DNA of 24,490 bases from a virus (lineage: Duplodnaviria > Caudoviricetes): IMG/VR virus record IMGVR_UViG_3300017774_002359, positions 1-24,490 of that record; one strand, given 5' to 3'. Of this stretch, positions 9,278-16,704 are shown one piece after another (position 1 is the stretch's first letter; every line of letters starts with the position of its first letter). The translations under genes and the position numbers were made by a program. The notes under the pieces are model-generated. The model saw only the letters and a program-made list of their open reading frames with translations, did not search any database and was not told where the DNA came from.

Positions 9278-9931
9278 TTAACGACCAGTGATTGGCTTGT
9301 AGTTATAAAAGTTTGAGCTTGTAGCAGGAAGGTAGTTTACAAAGTTTGTCAAGAATACCAAGCGACCCGGAATTGCTCTTGTTGGTTGTGAAGCAACAGA
9401 TCCGAAGTCAGAACCAGCAGTTGCTGTAAGAGTTGTATTCCATGTGGTTCTTTTCTTAATTTTGCTAGCATATCCAGCGCCAGTTGAACCATATCCAGTG
9501 CGGCTGAATAAGTTAGTTCTAATAGAGCTAGTATGATTGACATAATTATCTTGAACATAATACGCAATTGAAGGAGCAATACCAACATTGCCCATAAATT
9601 GCAGGAATGTATTAGCAACACCACCAGCAAGACTTGTTGTAAGTCTAGACATGATATAGGTGCGCAGTCTGCCGCTATTGCCATTGTAAGCAAATGTGCC
9701 GCTGCTTAAGATTTTAGCTGTGTTATACGTTCTAGCGCCAGATAGCAATTTTGGCAATGGATAAATTGTCATATCGCCAGCATTAATATCTTTTACCGAG
9801 ATAGCCTTGGTGATCTTTGCTGTTGCAGCAGACAGACCAACAATCGTGCCACCTTGACGTTGTGCTGTGAATGATCCACCAGCAGTGTTGAGTAAATATG
9901 GGTTAACACCACCCGTTTGAATTGGAACCAT
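9278..9931 (-). CDS. basic, G/T/S/A/N-rich protein, probably virion-associated
   Basis: ATG 9931 with SD AAGGAG; 217 aa with 0 Glu, 4 Asp and about 20 Lys+Arg; own leader and terminator. Confidence 0.7.
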   Translation of the reverse strand: MVPIQTGGVNPYLLNTAGGSFTAQRQGGTIVGLSAATAKITKAISVKDINAGDMTIYPLPKLLSGARTYNTAKILSSGTFAYNGNSGRLRTYIMSRLTTSLAGGVANTFLQFMGNVGIAPSIAYYVQDNYVNHTSSIRTNLFSRTGYGSTGAGYASKIKKRTTWNTTLTATAGSDFGSVASQPTRAIPGRLVFLTNFVNYLPATSSNFYNYKPITGR

Positions 9932-9937
9932 AGCAGT

Positions 9938-10024
9938 TCTCCTTAAAAAAGTTAGCAATCATTATTATATAATTTTCCTATTTGTCCCTGCATACGTTCC
10001 TTTTCCTACTTAATTATACACAAT
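9938..10024 (-). promoter_or_regulatory. putative promoter (TGTGTATAAT) and GGA-rich 5' leader
   Basis: Minus strand TTGTGTATAATTAAGTAGGAAAAGGAACGTATGCAGGGACAAATAGGAAAA...AAGGAG: a -10-like TATAAT in the end of the sigma gene, then five GGA motifs. Confidence 0.5.
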
Positions 10025-10513
10025 TTCACGACACAATTCTAGAGCTTTTTTTAATTTTTTTCTAGCTGCCTCTTTGCCATAGCCATTTGCCTCGCCAATC
10101 TCTTTATTTGTCATTCCATAATAGAATTTTTGGATTAAGATTTTGTGTAATTCAGGGTTCAAATCTGCTATTGACATTAAAATATCGCGAGCTTCATCCC
10201 TAGCATGAGTGTCAACTTTAAGAATACTGTGGAAATTATCAATAAACTCACTATCTTTGCTTTGTTTGTGCTTCTTCTTGTAGAATCTTCGAGAGTTATT
10301 TTGCATACTACGATAAAGATAAGAAGAAAACTTTACTTTCTTAGAGCTGTCGAATTTTTGTATGCACCCCCACAATGTACTCATCATTATGGATTTCATC
10401 TCGTCTCTTGTGCATGTCCCCTTCAAATTTTCACTACAAACTTTATACATAATCTTCTTGTAATAATCATTATTAATAGCTTCTTCAAATTGTTTTTCAT
10501 TTACACACGACAT
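10010..10513 (-). CDS. phage-encoded sigma-70 family RNA polymerase sigma factor (regions 2 and 4)
   Basis: Region 2: LWGCIQKFDSSKKVKFSSYLYRSMQN. Region 4 HTH: ILIQKFYYGMTNKEIGEANGYGKEAARKKLKKAL. Confidence 0.88.
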   Translation of the reverse strand: MSCVNEKQFEEAINNDYYKKIMYKVCSENLKGTCTRDEMKSIMMSTLWGCIQKFDSSKKVKFSSYLYRSMQNNSRRFYKKKHKQSKDSEFIDNFHSILKVDTHARDEARDILMSIADLNPELHKILIQKFYYGMTNKEIGEANGYGKEAARKKLKKALELCREIVYN

Positions 10514-10910
10514 CTTCTATTTCCTTCCTGACATTACTGAAATTGAATAATTTTCCTACACCAATACAAAAAGTATATCTACTCATTATTCTTAATGCTT
10601 CTACGCCACTTACTATCTTCATTCTGTCTGAAACTTTATGAGTAAGATCAAAATTGGTATATCCTAGCCAGCACTGCCATCTATCTGATGGCTTAAGAGC
10701 TGATTCTGAAGGCACAGACCCAAAAGGAGTATAGATTATAGGGGCTTTTAATTCTGTTAAAAATGCCCCCATAGATCCCATATCTTCTTTTGCTTGAAAT
10801 AGTTCATTCTCCACATCCATATTGACATCCTGCGTATCATCAAAAGCTCCCATGCCATCAGCTAACTCTATTTCTTTTTCATTCCAGTTTTCCCACATTA
10901 TTTTTTTCAT
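10497..10910 (-). CDS. hypothetical protein
   Basis: 137-aa ORF; TAATG coupling; overlaps the sigma start. Confidence 0.75.
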   Translation of the reverse strand: MKKIMWENWNEKEIELADGMGAFDDTQDVNMDVENELFQAKEDMGSMGAFLTELKAPIIYTPFGSVPSESALKPSDRWQCWLGYTNFDLTHKVSDRMKIVSGVEALRIMSRYTFCIGVGKLFNFSNVRKEIEDVVCK

Positions 10911-11236
10911 TAGTTTAACTCCACTCTTGTTGGGTCTATAACTAGATTAGAAGGAGATTTTGCCTCCGAATATATTTTGCTAAAAGCTGAGAATTTTTTT
11001 CTGCCATCAGGCTCGTCTTTGGATTGCAACTTTAATTGTTCTTCGATCATTTTATTAAAGTCACCATTTGTAACGCTATTTGCTAGTGCAGCAAATTTTT
11101 TGACATCATCTATTGTATCTCCCCAAGACGCTTCAAAGGCAACACTGCCTTCTTCGTCTAGACAAAATATCATAAAAGAGGTTGGTGAGAATGATTCATC
11201 TGAAGTTGGAAGTGTTTCCTGCGATTGATTCGACAT
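10910..11236 (-). CDS. hypothetical protein
   Basis: 108-aa acidic ORF in the operon. Confidence 0.7.
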   Translation of the reverse strand: MSNQSQETLPTSDESFSPTSFMIFCLDEEGSVAFEASWGDTIDDVKKFAALANSVTNGDFNKMIEEQLKLQSKDEPDGRKKFSAFSKIYSEAKSPSNLVIDPTRVELN

Positions 11237-11588
11237 AATATTTATCCGATACTAATTTTTGAAATTCTGTTATGTTAACTATATTTCCATTTTTTTGGCA
11301 TCCTGTTATATATGGCATTGTAACTAAATAAGTAAACTCTATAGTCTTCTTATTCTTTCTACAGTTTACCAATGTTTTTTCTGGCCAATCATAGTCAACT
11401 TTTATGTATTCATTAAATAGTTCAGATAAGCAATGCTTAATATCTTTATGTAGATAGCCAATATATTTACTTAATATTTCTTCGTCTTCGTTTAATAATA
11501 TTTTTATATAGTTCGGATTGGCTTGATCATATCTGTTATCTGAAAAAACTGGTATCAATGTTACAATTGCTTCGTATTGGGCTTTCAT
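11196..11588 (-). CDS. hypothetical protein
   Basis: 130-aa ORF; SD AGGAG at 11595-11599. Confidence 0.7.
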   Translation of the reverse strand: MKAQYEAIVTLIPVFSDNRYDQANPNYIKILLNEDEEILSKYIGYLHKDIKHCLSELFNEYIKVDYDWPEKTLVNCRKNKKTIEFTYLVTMPYITGCQKNGNIVNITEFQKLVSDKYYVESIAGNTSNFR

Positions 11589-11600
11589 GCGTTCTCCTGT

Positions 11601-11633
11601 AAAAATGGGCCTAGCGTATTATACCAGACCCAT
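11601..11633 (-). terminator. rho-independent terminator
   Basis: ATGGGTCTGG-TATAATACG-CTAGGCCCAT stem (two G-U pairs) followed by TTTT, downstream of the stop at 11649. Confidence 0.75.
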
Positions 11634-11646
11634 CTAGAAAAGTCAA
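11618..11646 (-). promoter_or_regulatory. sigma70-type promoter
   Basis: TTGACT (11646-11641), 17-nt spacer, TATAAT (11623-11618), with extended -10 TGG. Confidence 0.82.
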
Positions 11647-11648
11647 TA

Positions 11649-12122
11649 TTAATTCAGTAAAATCCAAGCGATTGCACGCATTTTATCTGAAAGAGCTACT
11701 TGTTCTTCTTTAGTAATAATAGCTTCATTTTCTCCAAGAGTAGATAGAATGATTTTATACATTTTATCCCCAAGTGGTTTGTATTTATTACTAATTCTAT
11801 TGTTAAAAGTTAATTTAGCAGATTCGATATAGAAATTCTCAAAAGCAATGGAGCTTACATTTTCATAAGCTGGTAATCTTTTGCCCATTTCATTATTGAA
11901 AATTGCAATTAACTCTCTATCAAAAACTTCATCTGGTCCTGAAACAATAGTTTTTACATCTTTTAATTCTTCAATTAATTTATCCGTAGGCTTTTTCAAG
12001 TCTAATATTTTATTGTAATCTGTAGATGGAACAATTGGTTTATTAATATTAGATACTGAGATGCTATCCCAAAAGAATCCAATAATTACCAAACCTATTC
12101 CTAAAAATAGTCTTGGGTTCAT
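11649..12122 (-). CDS. N-terminally membrane-anchored protein
   Basis: MNPRLFLGIGLVIIGFFW hydrophobic anchor followed by a helical soluble domain. Confidence 0.7.
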   Translation of the reverse strand: MNPRLFLGIGLVIIGFFWDSISVSNINKPIVPSTDYNKILDLKKPTDKLIEELKDVKTIVSGPDEVFDRELIAIFNNEMGKRLPAYENVSSIAFENFYIESAKLTFNNRISNKYKPLGDKMYKIILSTLGENEAIITKEEQVALSDKMRAIAWILLN

Positions 12123-12123
12123 A

Positions 12124-12414
12124 TTATTTGTCCACTTTAATTAACATTGGGAAAATTTCATCTAGTTTAATAACGGCTTCGCTTAGACTGTTCTCTTCAC
12201 AAGCATCTTTTAGCACTTGCCATTTTTGAACGATTTCAACCAAATTGTCTTTTGTTTCTACTGGAGTCGGTGATGGCGCTGGCGTTGGAATAATATTTGG
12301 AATATCTATTTCACTAGCCTTCTTCTCTAATCTTTTAAGAAGAGAAGAGAAGTCAAATGATGATAGAATTACAGCAAGTCCAAGACCTAAAAAAATCATT
12401 TGGCCTGTACTCAT
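12124..12414 (-). CDS. N-terminally membrane-anchored protein with Pro-rich linker
   Basis: MIFLGLGLAVILSSF TM; PTPAPSPTP linker; GAGG upstream. Confidence 0.7.
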   Translation of the reverse strand: MSTGQMIFLGLGLAVILSSFDFSSLLKRLEKKASEIDIPNIIPTPAPSPTPVETKDNLVEIVQKWQVLKDACEENSLSEAVIKLDEIFPMLIKVDK

Positions 12415-12599
12415 TGGGACACCTCAGTCTTTCTAACTGAATCACCAACAATCCAGCTTGCACAAAGCAGGACAATATTTTGAATTTGGTCTGAGCTTAG
12501 AGTAGTAACTCCTAAACTTTCTGTTGCTACAGCTACAACTCCGGCTACTGCGACCCAGAATCTACGAGATTGTAACAATGCTTGAATTTTAGTTTGCAT
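12411..12599 (-). CDS. putative holin (two TM helices)
   Basis: 62 aa; LLQSRRFWVAVAGVVAV resembles the SRKFW motif of small phage holins; second TM IVLLCASWIVG; charged C-terminus. Confidence 0.65.
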   Translation of the reverse strand: MQTKIQALLQSRRFWVAVAGVVAVATESLGVTTLSSDQIQNIVLLCASWIVGDSVRKTEVSQ

Positions 12600-12933
12600 T
12601 TTTTGCCTCCTGAACGATTGATTGAAAATTTTCTGATGTTATTTTTTTTGACTCTGCCAAGATAAGATCCTGCACTTGTGGTCTTAAATGGGCATACTCT
12701 TTTGGAAGTTTATCTTTTACAGCTTTACGTAGTAGAATTTTATCTAATGGGCCGGGATTTTTAACCCGGTCTTCTAGACTTCTTCCAAATACGTTGCATT
12801 TCATTAGCAGTTGCAACACTCCAATGATGATTGATCCAATAATTATAATTAGACCGAAATCAAAGGAGTAATTGTTTTCACCATCCTCTATATTTGAGGC
12901 TATTTCTTTAGCTAAGTCTTCTGTTGCACTCAT
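12589..12933 (-). CDS. single-TM membrane protein
   Basis: FGLIIIIGSIIIGVLQLLM TM; acidic N-terminus, basic C-terminus. Confidence 0.7.
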   Translation of the reverse strand: MSATEDLAKEIASNIEDGENNYSFDFGLIIIIGSIIIGVLQLLMKCNVFGRSLEDRVKNPGPLDKILLRKAVKDKLPKEYAHLRPQVQDLILAESKKITSENFQSIVQEAKNAN

Positions 12934-13340
12934 GGGTTCACCTGAATATATTGCACTTGGGGTTGTACTTGGAGTTGTGCTTGGGGTTGAGTTGTCTGAA
13001 TTGGCGGCTCTTCTTTTGGCTTACATTTGCACACGCCACCGTCTTTTGAGCATTGACATTTGAGTTTATTGCCATCTGCCTGAACTATTTCGCCAGTCCC
13101 ATTGCACTTACATGCGATTTCAGGGGCTGGAGGAGTTGGCTTTGGCACATTTTCCTTTTTAATATTTTTCTTTTCTGTAGTATCTAAAATACTATTGACT
13201 CTCTCGACTTCTTTTTTGAGGTCTGATCCGATATCTCTAGAACCATATACTTGAGCTTGTTTGTCTGCAATATTGTATTCACTATAAGTATAGCCTACAA
13301 TTAAGCCCAAAGCGAGAACTACTACACTTTTTAAATTCAT
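12930..13340 (-). CDS. membrane-anchored or exported protein with Cys-rich (Zn- or disulfide-forming) domain
   Basis: ATG 13340 with AAGGAG; VVVLALGLIVGY TM; CKCNGTG...CQC...CKC; Q-rich tail. Confidence 0.7.
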   Translation of the reverse strand: MNLKSVVVLALGLIVGYTYSEYNIADKQAQVYGSRDIGSDLKKEVERVNSILDTTEKKNIKKENVPKPTPPAPEIACKCNGTGEIVQADGNKLKCQCSKDGGVCKCKPKEEPPIQTTQPQAQLQVQPQVQYIQVNP

Positions 13341-14272
13341 GCGAAAATCTCCTTCACTCTTGTCCAATCCATCTTTCGTTTAAAGCCATTGAAGTTAGTG
13401 TAGGCAAATGTTGCTCCAGCACCGATCATACCCTCAGCAACTTTTTGTCTAACCCAGAAACTTCCATCAGGTTGTTCATACCACTTAGGACCACTATTCC
13501 AAAGTCCCCAGCTATTCCCAACTAAGAATAGCATTTCATTAAATCTCTCATAAGTGTCATCACATGCAATTAATGCCATTGCGTGCGCCCAGCTACCTTG
13601 AGGTTCAGCTATTCCATTCTTATCTCTACGAGAAGAGAATCCATAGTTAGAGCAAACAGATAAAGCATATCCGTTGGCCAATAAGTCTCTAGCTTGTTCT
13701 ACGCTATTTACAGTTGTTACTGTAGTGATTTTATGCTCTGCACATTCTTTGACAACTGGCTCTGGTACGCCTCTGCCGCCCCAGTTCACTCCTATTTTAG
13801 CATTGTACGTGGATAAGTCAATGCCAAGATTTTCGTATTTTTGACGGAGTAAAAATCCACCCGTCACACTCACGAATCTTGCAGCTTGTGAACAGTGCAT
13901 TCCTTGGCCACTAAAGCCCCTAGAGCCGTAGATTGGTTCAGTAGCACCCCTAGCCACAAAAGATTCTTTCTCTTTGCCATAGAGAATCTCATAGGCTCTA
14001 GTGATGTCTACAGCGTTGCGTGTTGCATGACTAACGCAGTCACCAGTGGTTTGTGATTCATCTCCTCCAAAAGAAGGAAAGAAATATTGAATTGCTTTGT
14101 ATGGTAAAGATAAAACGCCTTTGCCTGTACCATATAATTGATCGCCAATACTACCAAACAATGGATTTGGCAATTCTTCCATAAGCCTAGCCATATCTAC
14201 TGGATCACATACTGCTCCTTGTAATCCATTGTTGTACTGTTCTAAAAGTTCTTCTGGACTATTAAATTCCAT
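13337..14272 (-). CDS. papain-like (clan CA, C1-type) cysteine peptidase
   Basis: QTTGDCVSHA (oxyanion Gln and catalytic Cys), WAHAMALIA (His), VGNSWG (Asn), DGSFWV; SD AAGGAG. Confidence 0.85.
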   Translation of the reverse strand: MEFNSPEELLEQYNNGLQGAVCDPVDMARLMEELPNPLFGSIGDQLYGTGKGVLSLPYKAIQYFFPSFGGDESQTTGDCVSHATRNAVDITRAYEILYGKEKESFVARGATEPIYGSRGFSGQGMHCSQAARFVSVTGGFLLRQKYENLGIDLSTYNAKIGVNWGGRGVPEPVVKECAEHKITTVTTVNSVEQARDLLANGYALSVCSNYGFSSRRDKNGIAEPQGSWAHAMALIACDDTYERFNEMLFLVGNSWGLWNSGPKWYEQPDGSFWVRQKVAEGMIGAGATFAYTNFNGFKRKMDWTRVKEIFA

Positions 14273-15332
14273 TCAAAATCTCCTTTGCTGTATTTTGCCA
14301 AGAGAAGTGCGTTGCGGTTTCAATACCAGCAATATTTAAACCTAATTCGCCTTCTTGTTTTAACGCATGAACATATCTCATTTTTTCCGCAAAACTGTTA
14401 ATTTCTTTTTCGCCAATTTTAGCCCAATTGCCCTGACCATGAAACCAAATTCCATCATGAGCTGGTTCAAGTTCTGTGATTTCTACTAGTCGTGCATTTT
14501 TTTCATTTGTAAATTCAGTATGTCCTGAATAATTTGTTGTGATAATATTTTTCCCGCATGATAAAAGCTCTAATAATTCTAAATTCCAGCCTTCGGCTTT
14601 TACAGGAAACACACCGCAATCAACTTGCCTCATTATATTATACACATGTTGCTGTGTTTTTTGACGGGGTAGTATTCGAATTTTATTGGTTAATCTGGAA
14701 TTTTTGTAATAATTGATCCATTCCTTATTAATTTGTTCAATAAATGGATTTTCACATAGTAACCAAAGTTCAACATTGTCATTTTGATTGAACGCCTTCT
14801 CAAAACATTTTAATAAAACATCGTGGCCTTTACGAATTTCCCACTTGCCACAGTTAAAGAAAATTGTTGCAGGACGGTGAGAGTTATTATTTTCATTAAA
14901 TATTGACCTGTCTACACCCAAAGGGATAACTGTTGGAGTTGTGCCAAGCTCCTCTTCGATGACACCCTTTGCCCATTTGGAACACACAAAAAGGTGATGG
15001 CATCCTTTCATGCTTCTTTTTTCTTCTTCTGTGAATTTGTTAAGTTCAAAAATAGGAAAGCCAATCTTCTTTCCCTTTCCTACAGACTCATGCAATCCGT
15101 TCTGATGCCAAATTTTAAGAGATGTGTCAGACCATTTTGTGTTTTCATCTTTGTTTCTCCAGTCGAGATGAGCTAATTCTTCATATAGTTCTGGCTCAGG
15201 CTGACCGATTGGAAATATTGTCAACTCTTGATTTGTCCAAGAGGGATTTTCTAGTTGTTTAGCTAATTGTTTAGCTATGTTATATCCGGCAACACCATAT
15301 CCCAAGCTGTTAATTGGAGCTTGTAAAAGCAT
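14262..15332 (-). CDS. glycosyltransferase family 4 (GT-B)
   Basis: SLGYG, VCSKW, IPLGVD, CGKWEIRKGHD, FPVKAEGWNLELLE (EX7E), TTNYSGHTEF, FSW; ATG 15332 with GGGAG. Confidence 0.9.
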   Translation of the reverse strand: MLLQAPINSLGYGVAGYNIAKQLAKQLENPSWTNQELTIFPIGQPEPELYEELAHLDWRNKDENTKWSDTSLKIWHQNGLHESVGKGKKIGFPIFELNKFTEEEKRSMKGCHHLFVCSKWAKGVIEEELGTTPTVIPLGVDRSIFNENNNSHRPATIFFNCGKWEIRKGHDVLLKCFEKAFNQNDNVELWLLCENPFIEQINKEWINYYKNSRLTNKIRILPRQKTQQHVYNIMRQVDCGVFPVKAEGWNLELLELLSCGKNIITTNYSGHTEFTNEKNARLVEITELEPAHDGIWFHGQGNWAKIGEKEINSFAEKMRYVHALKQEGELGLNIAGIETATHFSWQNTAKEILNGI

Positions 15333-15694
15333 TAATAACTCTCCCATAGTTTGATTATATTATCTGGAAAATACAGGCTTTTAATAGCATTATCTAAATC
15401 TTCAATAGTCTGTCCGGCTAATCCTGTTGCCAATGGAGTTAATAAGAAGACAAGATCGTCATTTCTTTGTGCGTATTTCATAAGAACTTCCAGTTGGATT
15501 CTTATAAAGTCCCATCCTATAAAACCTGTTCTTAAGTCTTTAGTTATTATAGCATAAGTTTGCCCCTGACGCCCACTATTCTTTCCATATTCTGCACCCC
15601 AAGCCATTGCGGTTTTTGCTGCTCCTGCACCATGCCTACCTTCAGTATTACTACCAAATACAAATACCTCATTCTGTAATAAGAACTCTACCAT
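15332..15694 (-). CDS. macrodomain-like phage protein (A1S_2505-type)
   Basis: EVFVFGSNTEGRHGAGAAKTA...GQTYAIITKD...FLLTPLATGLAG; ATG 15694 with AGGAG. Confidence 0.72.
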   Translation of the reverse strand: MVEFLLQNEVFVFGSNTEGRHGAGAAKTAMAWGAEYGKNSGRQGQTYAIITKDLRTGFIGWDFIRIQLEVLMKYAQRNDDLVFLLTPLATGLAGQTIEDLDNAIKSLYFPDNIIKLWESY

Positions 15695-15707
15695 TATTTC
15701 TCCTATG

Positions 15708-15733
15708 AAAAACCCCACTATTTCTAGTGGGGT
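15708..15733 (-). terminator. rho-independent terminator
   Basis: Perfect ACCCCACTA-GAAA-TAGTGGGGT stem-loop (GNRA loop) followed by TTTT. Confidence 0.85.
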
Positions 15734-15749
15734 AATATTGTTTTGTCAA
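15721..15749 (-). promoter_or_regulatory. sigma70-type promoter (perfect -35, imperfect -10)
   Basis: TTGACA (15749-15744), 17-nt spacer, TAGAAA (15726-15721). Confidence 0.5.
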
Positions 15750-15750
15750 G

Positions 15751-15921
15751 TTAAGATTGGGCTTTTTTTAACGCTTCAGGATCTGGACGATCAGGATCGC
15801 CCGGTTTAGCTGGTTTATAATTTTTACCTTCTCGCTCTTTTTTCTTGCGAATATTTTCCCACAAGCCCGGTTTTTCAGCTTCTGTATACTCACTCATAGC
15901 ATCTGTATAATTTTTTTTCAT
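15751..15921 (-). CDS. 56-aa basic protein (below the ORF-track cutoff)
   Basis: MKKNYTDAMSEYTEAEKPGLWENIRKKKEREGKNYKPAKPGDPDRPDPEALKKAQS; SD AGGAG; followed by a terminator. Confidence 0.8.
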   Translation of the reverse strand: MKKNYTDAMSEYTEAEKPGLWENIRKKKEREGKNYKPAKPGDPDRPDPEALKKAQS

Positions 15922-15996
15922 AAGTACTCTCCTATTTTTCAGCTATTATGTCGAACTGATCTACACTAATACTATACCCATATTTTTGTAATTCTG

Positions 15997-16704
15997 CTAC
16001 CTAAATAAATTTGTATATTTTTGCAAAGACTCAATCCAGTATGTATTTAAGTGGTTATTTTTATGCCATTCCGCGCTAGGAACATGAGTGCCTAAGTCAG
16101 CGCCTATATTTTGAACTCGCGACACTGCTGGGAATATTTCCCCTCGTCCATTTCTGGCTACATGATTAACTGTGGCATCCCAACTCCCTCTAGCTCCAGC
16201 AAAATCCCACACCTTTTCCATATCTTTAAAACGATCTTTCCACGTTGCCCAACCCCACGGAGTAAACCAAGATCGTCTTTCTGTCAGTTCGATATTTTGA
16301 CTTGGAGGATAGTAATGTTCTGTTTTATTGTCTGAGTTTACATATGCAGATACTGTAAATATACTCTGGTCATCTTTGTATGTCTCTCTGGCCCACTCAA
16401 AATATTTTAAACAGTCTTTCCCCGGAATTGTATCATCTTCGAAGTGAATATGATAATCGTTTTTTGCAAATCCTATTGCAAGGCACTGAAATATATTAGT
16501 ATTGCATCCATATCTACGGGGATTTACGGTGACGTGAGTTTGACTGGGCCTAAAATTTCTAGCTAGGTCTTCTATCGGTTTATGCCCCGGTTCACAGCAT
16601 ATGTTTATTTCGTAATCTTGGATTCCATAGCATTCATCTAGATATTGGAATAATCTTTCAGTATATTGCAATCTATTATAAAGTGATATAGTTAACGTCT
16701 TCAA
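15997..16704 (-). CDS. GT-A fold glycosyltransferase (GT2/GT13-like)
   Basis: ISLYNR, GCNTNI, IHFEDD, TPWGWATWKDR, SWD, SRVQNIG. Confidence 0.8.
   Translation of the reverse strand: MKTLTISLYNRLQYTERLFQYLDECYGIQDYEINICCEPGHKPIEDLARNFRPSQTHVTVNPRRYGCNTNIFQCLAIGFAKNDYHIHFEDDTIPGKDCLKYFEWARETYKDDQSIFTVSAYVNSDNKTEHYYPPSQNIELTERRSWFTPWGWATWKDRFKDMEKVWDFAGARGSWDATVNHVARNGRGEIFPAVSRVQNIGADLGTHVPSAEWHKNNHLNTYWIESLQKYTNLFR

Noticed and set aside
6126-9693. Alternative-frame minus-strand ORFs (6126-6380, 6786-7001, 7227-7412, 9349-9693)
   Set aside because: Nested within nrdJ or the 9278-9931 gene, with no supporting motifs or clear RBS
11649-12414. Canonical i-spanin/o-spanin pair
   Set aside because: Neither gene has a lipobox Cys after its hydrophobic segment and no nested lipoprotein ORF was seen; kept only as possible functional analogues
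12940-13000. Short repeats (ttgcacttggggttgtacttggagttgtgcttgggg)
   Set aside because: Explained by the Q/P/V low-complexity protein tail; not a CRISPR array or regulatory repeat
15960-15999. Possible TAG stop-codon reassignment (TAG is rare among the stops here)
   Set aside because: Recognisable genes are full length in the standard code, and read-through at 15997 meets another TAG within 12 codons
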